64,000 bases of DNA from Promethearchaeota archaeon. GTDB taxonomy: Archaea > Asgardarchaeota > Lokiarchaeia > Sigyniarchaeales > SOKP01. Each line of letters begins with the position of its first letter. Within the stretch, counting starts at the first letter, position 1. Shown here one piece after another: positions 10,736 through 20,677 of the stretch. The translations under genes and the position numbers were made by a program. Location of the stretch: assembly GCA_019057795.1 (NCBI GenBank), contig JAHLWS010000082.1, forward strand, positions 64,001-128,000. Direction: 5' to 3'. Under the pieces are notes generated by a model. It had not been told where the DNA came from and did no database searches. It was given only the letters and a program-made list of their open reading frames with translations.

Positions 10736-11386
10736 TTAACTTTCTAATTCTTTCCTAAGTTTGTTGATTTCGTCTTCTAATTTTGCTTTCGTTTTTATTT
10801 CAGTTTCTTCTTCCATCTCGTCAAACTCGCTCAGATATTGTAAGTCGTCGGCAGGTACTTCTGGCATTTGGCCACCTTGTTCTAAAAGCATTTCGGTTTC
10901 TAGTTGGTTTAACTCATCAGTTACATCGATTGCTAAATCTATTTCGGGATCTCCGGCAAGAATATCGGCAGACTCCTCTATTTCTGCAACATATGCCTCA
11001 GAATCTTCGGCTATCTCTGCAATCTTAACAGGAGATGCCTTCGTTGCAATTACTTTTAATTCGTCCCTAATTCCCCCCATTAAATCGCCCGTCGTTGATA
11101 TCATTTGGCCCTCCAAAATTGCTTCTAGCTGACGTTCTATTCTAGCTCGAATGTTGTTCGCCCGATCTACCTTCATCTGATATTGTTTGTGTTGAATTAA
11201 ATAATTCTTAGCTCTAGTTCTTTCTCCTCTCTTTATTGCAATTTTGGCGTTTTTTCTAGCAATTTCTGCTCTTTTATTGAAAGTTTTATTTGATAACGCT
11301 ATTTTTCTAATGTGTGATTTAGCTTTAATAACTAATTCGTCTTTTTCTTTAGCTTTCCGGGGAAAAAGTTTTTTTTTTAACGCCAT
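10736..11386 (-). CDS. ESCRT-III (Snf7-family) protein
   Basis: 216 aa; basic N-terminal helical hairpin (AKIAIKRGERTRAKNYL), acidic C-half (DELNQLE, MPEVP), terminal MIM1-like helix LEDEINKLRKEL. Confidence 0.85.
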   Translation of the reverse strand: MALKKKLFPRKAKEKDELVIKAKSHIRKIALSNKTFNKRAEIARKNAKIAIKRGERTRAKNYLIQHKQYQMKVDRANNIRARIERQLEAILEGQMISTTGDLMGGIRDELKVIATKASPVKIAEIAEDSEAYVAEIEESADILAGDPEIDLAIDVTDELNQLETEMLLEQGGQMPEVPADDLQYLSEFDEMEEETEIKTKAKLEDEINKLRKELES

Positions 11387-11525
11387 TACTTCTATTCACT
11401 CCTTTTAGAGTAATTTTATTAGTATCTCTTTTATTATTAATATGATATTATTAACTTAAAAATTTGATAGAATTTAATTTAGTATAATGGTTCTTATCAA
11501 TAAATCTTTTAGAGTCCAATAATAA

Positions 11526-12629
11526 ATGAAAAAAATAATTTTAAATTTCGAAAAAAAGACCAACAATTTTAAAGATTTGGTGCAAGAAGCTTTTAACATG
11601 AATTTCCTCAATTTCTTGCTCTCTGAAGAAACTTATTCCGAATTAGAAGAAATTGAACGAATTAACACTTTTACCAAAAATATTGAAATTCCCGCTAAGA
11701 ATCTAATTTTTGCCAATCTAGAACAACTAAAAAAACAAAAAGAGTTAGGAGTAAATTGTGGTTTTTTTATGGAATTAAAATTAAAAAACGATGAAAAAGC
11801 AGTAATAAAACTTTCTAAAACCAAAGAAGTTGATTTTATAATAGTATCAGCAAAAGATTGGAAAGTTATACCTTTTGAAAACCTTATAGCCGCAATGCAT
11901 ACTAACGATACGGATCTAATTGCTTTGGTTGAAGACATTGAAGAAGCTGAATTAATGTTAAAAACCTTAGAAACAGGGGTCGATGGAATCCTTATTACTC
12001 CAAAAAATGTCAATGATATCGTTCAATTAAAATCACTGATCCAGTCTGGGATTAAAATTGAATTAGCTAAAGCAAAGATAACTAAAATACAAAATATACC
12101 TGAGAGCGAGAGAGTTTGCGTAGATAGTACTTCTTTATTACAATCTGGTGAGGGATTTCTTGTTGGTTCAACGGCACGTGGTTTTGTACTTATACATTCT
12201 GAAACATTTGAAACAACTTTTGTGAATTCTAGACCATTTCGTGTCAACGCAGGCGATGTATCAGCGTATATCTTAGTTCCTAACGATGACCCTGAAAAGA
12301 TCTATCAAACAAATTACTTAAGCGAACTAAAAGGTGGAAAGAGAGTCTTAGCTGTAAATTATAAAGGAGAAGCTCGAATTGTTTCTATTGGACGTGTAAA
12401 AATAGAGATTCGACCAATGTTGAGATTTGAATTGGAAGTTTCTGAAGGTAATAAAAAAATCCCCCTGAGTTGTATATGTCAAAATGCCGAGACAATTCGG
12501 TTAGTGGCTCCAGATGGTATAGCTAAACCTGTTGTTGCTATTAAAATTGGCGACGAGGTTTTAGTACATATTGGACCTGGAGCTACTCATTTTGGAACTG
12601 CCATAAAAGAATCAATTTTGGAGAAATAA
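11526..12629 (+). CDS. aroB': 3-dehydroquinate synthase II (archaeal AroB')
   Basis: DWKVIPFENLIA, RVCVD, RPFRVNAG, YLSEL, QNAETIRL, HFG motifs. Confidence 0.93.
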   Translation: MKKIILNFEKKTNNFKDLVQEAFNMNFLNFLLSEETYSELEEIERINTFTKNIEIPAKNLIFANLEQLKKQKELGVNCGFFMELKLKNDEKAVIKLSKTKEVDFIIVSAKDWKVIPFENLIAAMHTNDTDLIALVEDIEEAELMLKTLETGVDGILITPKNVNDIVQLKSLIQSGIKIELAKAKITKIQNIPESERVCVDSTSLLQSGEGFLVGSTARGFVLIHSETFETTFVNSRPFRVNAGDVSAYILVPNDDPEKIYQTNYLSELKGGKRVLAVNYKGEARIVSIGRVKIEIRPMLRFELEVSEGNKKIPLSCICQNAETIRLVAPDGIAKPVVAIKIGDEVLVHIGPGATHFGTAIKESILEK

Positions 12630-12681
12630 TTTTTTAATTAAATAAATTTATAATATCCTAATAAAATAAAACAAAAACCTT

Positions 12682-13932
12682 TTGATTAATATGACAATTT
12701 ATTGGGCTCCAATGCTTCATGCCTACCAACCTCCATATCAGGATGTTGGCGTTTTGCGAAAAATTAATAAGGAGTGTTATAAACCTCTCTTTTCTATGTT
12801 AGAAGAGCACGAAAATATCAAAATCAGTCTAAACATAAATAGTAATCTTATTGAAATGTTCCATGAATTTGATTTAGAGGATACACTGGAGTTATTAAAA
12901 AATTTAGTTTCTGAAAACAAAATTGAAATTCTCGGAACCGCAAAATTTCATCCTATTCTTCCCTTAATACCAGAAAAAGAAGCTCAAAACCAAATTCGAT
13001 TAAATGAGGCGATTAATAGGTTGGAATTCCAAAAATGGGAGAGAAAGGGTTTTTTTCCTCCCGAAATGTCTATTAACTCTAAAGTTGCTAAATTTCTTCA
13101 ACAGTTAGGCTATAAATGGGTACTAATGAGCGGAATTGCTTGTCCAGTAAAATGGCCCTATGATTACATATATTGTTCTCCAAATGGATTACAGCTTTTT
13201 TTTAGAGACGATATTTTAAGTAACAAAATTTCGTTTAATAATATTAATGCAAAAGAATTCGTCAAAGATTTAAATGATATTTTTAAAGACAAAAAAGGAA
13301 TTAAGGATAAAGACAAATATGTTATCACTGCGATGGATTCTGAGACATTTGGTCATCATATAAAGAAATATGAAAGAACTTTTTTGAGTAAAGTTTTTGA
13401 ACTTATTAACTCTCAGAAAGAAATCAAGATTGTATTTATATCCGATTTAGATAGATATTTTCCGATTCATAAAGAAAAAATAATTCCACGAGATTCAAGT
13501 TGGAGCACAACTCATGAGGATATAAAGGCGCACATTCCGTTCCCATTATGGGATCATCCTGATAATAGCATCCATAAGTTATATTGGAAGATAATGAGAA
13601 GCTTAAATAATTTAATGACCTTGTTAGAAAACCTAGATTTAACTCAAGATTGGGAAGTAGAAAATTACTATAATACAGCTAGATGGTTTTATGATAAAGG
13701 AATTTGTTCAGATAGTACATGGTGGGCTAACCCTATTCGAGGGGCATGGAGTCCTAACTTGATTTATAAAGGAATTGAGTATCTTATGAGATCTGCTCTT
13801 AATGCTCAACTAGCATTAGTTCACGCTAATCAATCTGATTTAGGAGAAGGATATTTTGATTCGATATCACTTTATCATAATCTATTACTTATGGAAATTT
13901 ACTCAATAACTAAAAAAAAAAAAAATCTTTAA
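12682..13932 (+). CDS. Glycoside hydrolase family 57
   Basis: HAYQP, HPILPL, FFPPEM, DSETFGHH, SSWS. Confidence 0.88.
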   Translation: MINMTIYWAPMLHAYQPPYQDVGVLRKINKECYKPLFSMLEEHENIKISLNINSNLIEMFHEFDLEDTLELLKNLVSENKIEILGTAKFHPILPLIPEKEAQNQIRLNEAINRLEFQKWERKGFFPPEMSINSKVAKFLQQLGYKWVLMSGIACPVKWPYDYIYCSPNGLQLFFRDDILSNKISFNNINAKEFVKDLNDIFKDKKGIKDKDKYVITAMDSETFGHHIKKYERTFLSKVFELINSQKEIKIVFISDLDRYFPIHKEKIIPRDSSWSTTHEDIKAHIPFPLWDHPDNSIHKLYWKIMRSLNNLMTLLENLDLTQDWEVENYYNTARWFYDKGICSDSTWWANPIRGAWSPNLIYKGIEYLMRSALNAQLALVHANQSDLGEGYFDSISLYHNLLLMEIYSITKKKKNL

Positions 13933-14056
13933 CTACTATAACTTCCCCGTTTGTTTACAATATTACTTTGATTGTTTCAAATAACAATAAACTATATAAT
14001 TTTTAGTTTATATAATAAACTAATTGCGCTTTGGTAGAAATTAATGCCCTAATTTT

Positions 14057-15178
14057 TTGAGTATAATGTCAAAAGAAAATGAAAAACAGCAAATAGTAAA
14101 ACATTGCGTGTACTGTGGGACCCGAATTGAAGAAAACAAAGTCTATTGCCCTAAATGTGGAAAACTCGTAGTAAAAATCGAGCCAAGCAAAGAAAAAAGT
14201 CGTCTTCAGAAAATAGGGGCAAAACCACCTCAAAAAAAAATTGTTTCAAGAAAATGTTCTGGTTGTGGTTCAATAATAACCTCTTCTGTATTAGAACAAT
14301 GCCCTATATGTAATACTAAGCTAGAAAAGATACCACAACTTCAAGAAGCAAAATCAAGTGAAACACCTCTAATTAAAACAGGCTATGTCTTTACGAATAA
14401 AAAGTTAGTGCCAGAACAAAAATTTATAATAAAAAAAGATACTTGGAATTTTAGAGAGGGTATTAGCGTTTTTGGTAACTCCCTTATGGCATATATCATC
14501 ATTCGATTGCTAATTACTATGTTATTAGCTTTCCCATTAGACGCCTCTGATCCAATTGATTTAAATATTACAACAATACTATTAAGTCAAATTCCTGACA
14601 TAGTATTCGGGGTGTATCCCTTATGGTACATTTATTCAAAAAAACATAATTTTCAAAAATTAAGGTTAAATTTTAAAGCAAAACCATTTTTAATTGCGCT
14701 ATTAATTGGCATAATCGGCAGTATAGGATTAGTAATTATTGATAATTTCTCTTCAGTATTAATACGTTTTATGTACGACTCCGGAATAAATTTTTTTGAT
14801 ATTTTTTCTTATTTAGATGAGCAATCTCTGGTACTTCAAAACGCAGATTTAATCTGGGTAATCTTGCTTATGGTTATTTTATCTTTATCTGCAATTTCAA
14901 CAGAATTAGTATTTAGAGGAGTATTACATAATACTCTAACAGAACGTTTTGAGAACGATTTACTAGGGAGGTCTTCAGTAATTTTAATAATCGCGCTAAT
15001 ATACTCAGTTCTTTTTCTATTTTTTACTTTACCAATAGGAATATATTTCTTTTTAGTGAATCTCATGGTTTTTATTTTTTTAGGTATACTATATGAAGTT
15101 AATAAAAATATTCTCACCACGATATGCGCCAGCATCATCTACAATATTGCTCTTATTATCTTGATCGTGTATTTTTAA
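14057..15178 (+). CDS. Double zinc-ribbon + CPBP/CAAX-protease-like membrane protein with degenerate catalytic motifs
   Basis: Four CxxC pairs at the N-terminus; TM region with STELVFRG (EExxxR-like). Confidence 0.7.
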   Translation: MSIMSKENEKQQIVKHCVYCGTRIEENKVYCPKCGKLVVKIEPSKEKSRLQKIGAKPPQKKIVSRKCSGCGSIITSSVLEQCPICNTKLEKIPQLQEAKSSETPLIKTGYVFTNKKLVPEQKFIIKKDTWNFREGISVFGNSLMAYIIIRLLITMLLAFPLDASDPIDLNITTILLSQIPDIVFGVYPLWYIYSKKHNFQKLRLNFKAKPFLIALLIGIIGSIGLVIIDNFSSVLIRFMYDSGINFFDIFSYLDEQSLVLQNADLIWVILLMVILSLSAISTELVFRGVLHNTLTERFENDLLGRSSVILIIALIYSVLFLFFTLPIGIYFFLVNLMVFIFLGILYEVNKNILTTICASIIYNIALIILIVYF

Positions 15179-15296
15179 TTTTAAGATCACTTTTCATTAT
15201 CCTTTAATATAAAATTTTATAATAAGAAAAATCACATATCTCTAGTGGTATTATTAGTAACTTTTATTCTTTTAAATACGATAAGATCTAAACAAC

Positions 15297-16040
15297 TTGG
15301 AGAAAGAGAGATTGGGTAAAAGGTATTACACAAATAAAGGAAGCAAGGACAATATAATTTTGTCAATCGCCGGTCCTCACGGAATCGGTAAAACGACTAT
15401 TTTTAATCTTTTAAAAAAAAGTTTGGGAACCAATAACAAATTTAAATTTTTTCCAGAAAGATACATAAAAATCCCTCCTTTTCCATTTGGTTCTTGCGAC
15501 AAACAAATTGGTTTCCGCAGCGAAATTCATTTTCTTCAACAGTTAATAAAGAGAAATAAAAATATCACGAATTTTGATAACCAATATAATGGTAGAGTAA
15601 TCATTTTAGATAGAACACCTATCTGTGTTTTAGTTTATTCAAAAAGCCTTTATCTTAAGGAAAAGGATTATAACCTTATCCTTGATATGTATAAATCAGT
15701 TAAATGGAAAGAAGATTACATCGTATATCTTACAGCTCAATCGGATACGATATTAAAAAGAATTATTCAAAGAGGCTCTATTGATAAAACCAGAAAAGAG
15801 TGGAATGAAAGCGACAAAGAGTATTTGTTAAAAATTCTTTCCTATTACAATCAATTTCTATTATCCAAAACTCAAACTAAAAAAATATTCATAATCGATA
15901 CAGATAAATTGACCACAGAAGAGGTTGTAGAAGAAATTAAAAAAATAATAGCCAATTTATCTGGTTATTCGTTCAATAAACTTATTAACTCTCCCTCTAC
16001 GCAAAATTCTACGCAAAAGAATTTAAATGATTTTATGTAA
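15297..16040 (+). CDS. Deoxynucleoside/thymidylate kinase-like P-loop kinase
   Basis: GPHGIGKTT, IILDR, lid region LKRIIQRG. Confidence 0.75.
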   Translation: MEKERLGKRYYTNKGSKDNIILSIAGPHGIGKTTIFNLLKKSLGTNNKFKFFPERYIKIPPFPFGSCDKQIGFRSEIHFLQQLIKRNKNITNFDNQYNGRVIILDRTPICVLVYSKSLYLKEKDYNLILDMYKSVKWKEDYIVYLTAQSDTILKRIIQRGSIDKTRKEWNESDKEYLLKILSYYNQFLLSKTQTKKIFIIDTDKLTTEEVVEEIKKIIANLSGYSFNKLINSPSTQNSTQKNLNDFM

Positions 16041-16146
16041 TCAATTATAATAAAATATATTAGTATAGATTTTATGATATAAATTAAGAGAATATAATAT
16101 TATTGATTTTTAATTAACTTTAACTAATAAAGCAGTTTGATTTAAA

Positions 16147-17127
16147 ATGTCGTCCCTTGTGCAAGGTATTCGCGAAAATATGATGAAAATTTTGAGGATC
16201 GAGGAAGATAAAACCGATTTAGAAAATTTAGCTGTTTTATCTAGAGTTGGTATGAAAGTAGCTTCTTCTACTTCTTATGAACTTGATGCAGATGCAACTT
16301 CCGCATCGAGTACTGCATTGATAGATTTGGGGTTGAGGTTAAGTGAAGCAACAGCTCATGGCGCTTTAACAGAAATTATTCTTCATAATACCTCTGGGTA
16401 TAGTATCATTTTAGCAATTAACGACGAATATCTTGTATTTGGTGGTTTAAAAAATGTATACCGAATAGGTTATTACCTTGGTTATTTACGCGAATTAGCA
16501 TTAAAGTTGAATATATTAATCTCAGGGGAAGAAATAACTGAAATGACTCTTTCTTTAGAGGAATCCGAAAGAGCTAAACTAAGGGAAGAGCAAGAAAAAG
16601 AGGAAGTAGTTGCAATAGTTAAACCTAGTGTCGAAGAAGATAAGGCGGCATTAGACGGCTTATTAGGGTTTTTAGACAATTGGGAGAAAGAAGGGGGCGA
16701 TATTGAGGGCGTTGAAGCTAAAAATGAAAATAACATTGTTTCGATCCCATCATCTCTTGGCTTAGAATATGAAAGGCAATTAGAACACGCCACTGAGGGC
16801 ATGGAAACTCATGTGCCGATTTCTCCAACGACTCAAAGCTTTGAACCACAATTTAAAGTTTATGACGACGAAATTCCCCCAGTACCCCTTGAAGATTATA
16901 CTCCGATGGAAATCGAAGAGGATCCCAGTTATCAAGAACCTCAAATCGTACGGGAACAGCCTTTACAGGATGGCTTGCTTTCACTCGAAGATCTTCCTAC
17001 ACCCGATTTTAATTCTGAATTTGTAGAAGGTGCTTCAGAGTATGATACTGAATTTGTGTTAGAAAAAGAGTCAGCAACCTTTGAAAATGTTTTAAAAGAC
17101 CTCGGATGGGACGAAGAAGAAGATTAA
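16147..17127 (+). CDS. Roadblock/LC7-domain protein with long acidic disordered tail
   Basis: N-terminal ~125 aa alpha-beta-beta-alpha-beta3-alpha pattern (AVLSRVGMKVASS, GALTEIILHNTSGYSIILAI); E/D/P-rich C-terminus. Confidence 0.75.
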   Translation: MSSLVQGIRENMMKILRIEEDKTDLENLAVLSRVGMKVASSTSYELDADATSASSTALIDLGLRLSEATAHGALTEIILHNTSGYSIILAINDEYLVFGGLKNVYRIGYYLGYLRELALKLNILISGEEITEMTLSLEESERAKLREEQEKEEVVAIVKPSVEEDKAALDGLLGFLDNWEKEGGDIEGVEAKNENNIVSIPSSLGLEYERQLEHATEGMETHVPISPTTQSFEPQFKVYDDEIPPVPLEDYTPMEIEEDPSYQEPQIVREQPLQDGLLSLEDLPTPDFNSEFVEGASEYDTEFVLEKESATFENVLKDLGWDEEED

Positions 17128-17274
17128 TTAATTTGAAAATCTATTCTTCTTCATATATCTAATAAACCTAAATTTTTCTTGAATAAGTTTCTTTATCTTC
17201 CCTATACTTTAGGATGAAAAACTATTAGAGTTAAGTAAAATAAAAAAATAAAAAAATATTTATTATTAGTTCCT

Positions 17275-18615
17275 TTACTCCTCAAAATCAAGTTTTATAA
17301 ATTTTCTTGAAAAGAAATAAGCACCTATCAATATTAATGAACATATTGGTCCGAATACTAATAAACCTAATGAAAATGGATCTCCAGTTCCTACTACTAT
17401 ATCGGGTAATGCCACAATCATCCCCATAATGATTAGTCCAAAAAATTGGAAGATATTTAAAACAATACTGGGAAAACCTGTATAAATACCTGCTTTTAAT
17501 TCTCCTGTTGATTTTTCATCATCTTCAGCGATATCTGCATACATTATGCTAGGAAATAAGAACCACCCGCCCATGCATGCGGTTATTCCAAGGATAAATA
17601 TTATACCAAATATAAAAGTTGATTCCATTGGTAATAATCCAAATAAAGAAAATGGAAGAAAAATTATTGCTGTAAGAAAAATATATAAAAGTCTACGTTT
17701 TCGCCCTAATTTTTCTATCAATTTCCTCCATATTACTAAGAAAATCAGAATACCAAGCATAAAAACTATTGAAGCAATGAGATTAGACGTACTATCAAAC
17801 TGCAGAACCTCCGAAATATAGACTAATATTAATGAACCAATCATTATCCAAGCTATACTAGCAATACCTTGCATGACTGTAACCAATAAAAAATTCTTAT
17901 TTTTTAGGATCGTCTTCAAGTTATCAATCATATTAGAATCAATCTTAAAGTGTGGTTCTTTAGGCATCAATATTGTTATTAAATAAAATAATATCAATGG
18001 AATAATAGCAAATATTACTACACTATATAAAAATACCGGTGGAATAATATCTGATGCTTGTATTTCCTCATTAAAATCTGTTAAAACTACCATTGCAAAA
18101 ACTGTCATTATTGCAGTTCCAATAAAACCAAAAAGATTCTGAAACTGAGATACTTTAGGACGCTCATCAATAGTAAATTGTTCAGCCATCCAAGCGTTAT
18201 ATGGAGTAGTAACGCCATAACTAATATTAAACATTATATTCCATATTAAAAGCCATATAAAAACGGATGAAACATCAGTAATGTCTATAAAAAAGCTTGG
18301 TAATAGCAAGAATATGAAAGTTATGGCAAGAAACAGACTTAAGGTTACTAAATACGGCTTTCTTCGACCCCATCGAGTATATTTAGCATCACTAATCCAT
18401 CCAAAAAAGAATTGAGAGGCAGCAATAGTTAGCTTTCCTATACCTAAAGCAACCCCTACTGAGAATGAGTCCAAACCATATCCTAGGTAATAAAGAGAAA
18501 ATAAAGCGAAATCTACAAATCCCATTAAAATAGAAGTACCTAACTTTGGAACTCCAAAAAGCAAAACTTTACTACTTTTACTTTTACTTCTTTGTATAAT
18601 TTCATTTTGATTCAT
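17275..18615 (-). CDS. MFS transporter, GPH/MelB-like
   Basis: GWISD...WGRRKPY, YADIAEDDE...G...AGIY; about 12 TM segments. Confidence 0.9.
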   Translation of the reverse strand: MNQNEIIQRSKSKSSKVLLFGVPKLGTSILMGFVDFALFSLYYLGYGLDSFSVGVALGIGKLTIAASQFFFGWISDAKYTRWGRRKPYLVTLSLFLAITFIFLLLPSFFIDITDVSSVFIWLLIWNIMFNISYGVTTPYNAWMAEQFTIDERPKVSQFQNLFGFIGTAIMTVFAMVVLTDFNEEIQASDIIPPVFLYSVVIFAIIPLILFYLITILMPKEPHFKIDSNMIDNLKTILKNKNFLLVTVMQGIASIAWIMIGSLILVYISEVLQFDSTSNLIASIVFMLGILIFLVIWRKLIEKLGRKRRLLYIFLTAIIFLPFSLFGLLPMESTFIFGIIFILGITACMGGWFLFPSIMYADIAEDDEKSTGELKAGIYTGFPSIVLNIFQFFGLIIMGMIVALPDIVVGTGDPFSLGLLVFGPICSLILIGAYFFSRKFIKLDFEE

Positions 18616-18809
18616 GATGATTTCACTACTTATTTATTTAAGTTTCTTAATTTGTATTTTTAATTTAATAATTAAATAAGATAAACATCTATTTTAATGT
18701 ATATAAAATTCCTTTATAACATTCTAATTAAAAAGTCAGAGCAATATAATTCTATAATAAAATCATCTTTTTTTTTAATTTTTTTAATAGTTATTTTAGT
18801 TAATTGAGC

Positions 18810-19001
18810 AAGATCATTAAAAACAAAAGCAATACCTAATTATTTTACTATAGTATGGATATTTTTGACAAAGTTTTTGAGATTTACCAAGAATATTACA
18901 TTTGCCCACATTGTTTAGGCAGAATGTTCTCCTTGTTAGGGACTGATACAACCAATTACGATAGAGGTATATCTCTCTTGCTGGCAATTACTATGGAGAA
19001 T
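18810..19001 (+). pseudogene. Duplicated promoter and 5' end of pus10 (copy of 22521-22712)
   Basis: 192 bp with 8 mismatches to 22521-22712 by manual alignment; ATG at 18855 encodes MDIFDKVFEIYQEYYICPHCLGRMFS... Confidence 0.95.
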
Positions 19002-19168
19002 TTCACTCGAAGATCTTCCTACACCCGATTTTAATTCTGAATTTGTAGAAGGTGCTTCAGAGTATGATACTGAATTTGTGTTAGAGAAAGAGTCGGCAAC
19101 CTTTGAAAGTGTTTTAAAAGATCTCGGATGGGACGAAGAAGAAGATTAATTAATTTGAAAATCTATTC
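19001..19168 (+). pseudogene. Duplicated 3' end of the Roadblock gene (copy of 16979-17146)
   Basis: 168 bp with 4 mismatches to 16979-17146; joined out of frame to the pus10 fragment. Confidence 0.95.
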
Positions 19169-19312
19169 ATGTATCAAAAGAATCCAACTTTTTCTAAATA
19201 ATGATTTTTCTTCAGTTAAATTGATAATAAATATTAAATACATTCTTCTCTAATCTATAAATGTTATTAATTTAATAATAAAAGCAAATTAAAAAATAAA
19301 ATTTGAATCGTT

Positions 19313-20659
19313 ATGAGTGATACAGAATTAGAAAGAACTGAAACTACAAAGGGAAAGAAAATTATATTCGGATTTCCAAGGTTAGGTACATCATTAGTAT
19401 TAGGAATCGAAGGATTTGCTGTATTTACGCTCTATTACCTAGGATATGGTTTGAACTCATTTTTAGTAGGGCTTGCTTTATTTATGGGTTATTTGAGTAT
19501 TGCTGCGGGACAATTTTTATTAGGATGGCTTAGTGACGTCAAATATACTAAATTAGGAAGAAGAAAACCATACTTAATAATATTTGGACCTTTATTAGGA
19601 ATATCATTTATATTTCTGTTGTTACCAGCATTAGTTTTGCCAGATATGACCGATAAAAATAGTTTATTTATATGGTTATTAATTTGGGATGTAATTTTTA
19701 GATTTAGCTATTCTGTAACAACGCCTTATCAAGCATGGATGGCAGAAGTATTTCCTGCTTCTGAGCGCCCAAATGTGTCTCAAGTCCAAAATACCTTCAA
19801 TTTTATAGGAAATGGGTTAATGGCAATCATCACTTTACTTGTTTTTACAGGTGTGTTTGAAAAGGTAGCAGCTGATCCTAATGTTATTCCTCCTGAATTT
19901 CTATCGATTGTAGTCGCATTTGGCCTTATTGCTTCAATACTTTTTATTCTAATTGTATTAATAATGCCAACAGAACCAAATTATAAAATGGAATCTAGTC
20001 TATGGGATAATTTAAAAACAATAGTTAAAAATAAAAATTTTATGAAAATTGTTCTCATGCAAGGAATTTCAGGCTTTGGATGGTCAATAACAGTTGCAGT
20101 GATGTTAACTTATACTGAAGCTGTATTATCATTAGGTGGCACAGACTATATCATTGTCGCACTTATATTTCTTCTAAGCATCTTTGTATTTTTATTCTTA
20201 TGGAGAAAACAGATAGAGAGAATAGGGAAAAAGAAAACACTTTTATTAATCTTTTTAATTGCAGTAGTTTTTCTACCAATAACATTACTAGGTTTAATTG
20301 AGGCAATTCCCAATTTAATACTTGGAGTATTCTTTATAACAGGAGTTGGGTTAATTTTAGGCGGGTGGTTCTTATTTCCATATATTATGTATGCAGACAT
20401 TGCCGAAGATGACGAAAAATCTACTGGAGAATTAAAAGCAGGTATTTATACAGGTTTTCCGAGTATAATACTAAACATTTTCCAAGGAATTGGTGTTTTC
20501 TTGCTTGGTCTTATGTTAGGATTGCCTGATGTTACGGTAGGAACCTCAACTTTTTCAATGGGGTTGGTCATTTGGGGTCCAATATGTTCTCTCATCTTAC
20601 TGGTTTCTTATTTCTACACAAGAAAATTTGTCGAACTAGATTTCGAATGGGAAAAATAA
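19313..20659 (+). CDS. MFS transporter, GPH/MelB-like (paralog of 17275-18615)
   Basis: GWLSD...LGRRKPY; shares MYADIAEDDEKSTGELKAGIYTGFPSI with the upstream paralog. Confidence 0.9.
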   Translation: MSDTELERTETTKGKKIIFGFPRLGTSLVLGIEGFAVFTLYYLGYGLNSFLVGLALFMGYLSIAAGQFLLGWLSDVKYTKLGRRKPYLIIFGPLLGISFIFLLLPALVLPDMTDKNSLFIWLLIWDVIFRFSYSVTTPYQAWMAEVFPASERPNVSQVQNTFNFIGNGLMAIITLLVFTGVFEKVAADPNVIPPEFLSIVVAFGLIASILFILIVLIMPTEPNYKMESSLWDNLKTIVKNKNFMKIVLMQGISGFGWSITVAVMLTYTEAVLSLGGTDYIIVALIFLLSIFVFLFLWRKQIERIGKKKTLLLIFLIAVVFLPITLLGLIEAIPNLILGVFFITGVGLILGGWFLFPYIMYADIAEDDEKSTGELKAGIYTGFPSIILNIFQGIGVFLLGLMLGLPDVTVGTSTFSMGLVIWGPICSLILLVSYFYTRKFVELDFEWEK

Positions 20660-20677
20660 AAATCCTTTTTTTTTATG

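Noticed and set aside
18855-19034. Functional Pus10-Roadblock fusion protein
   Set aside because: The junction is out of frame; the ORF stops after 59 codons
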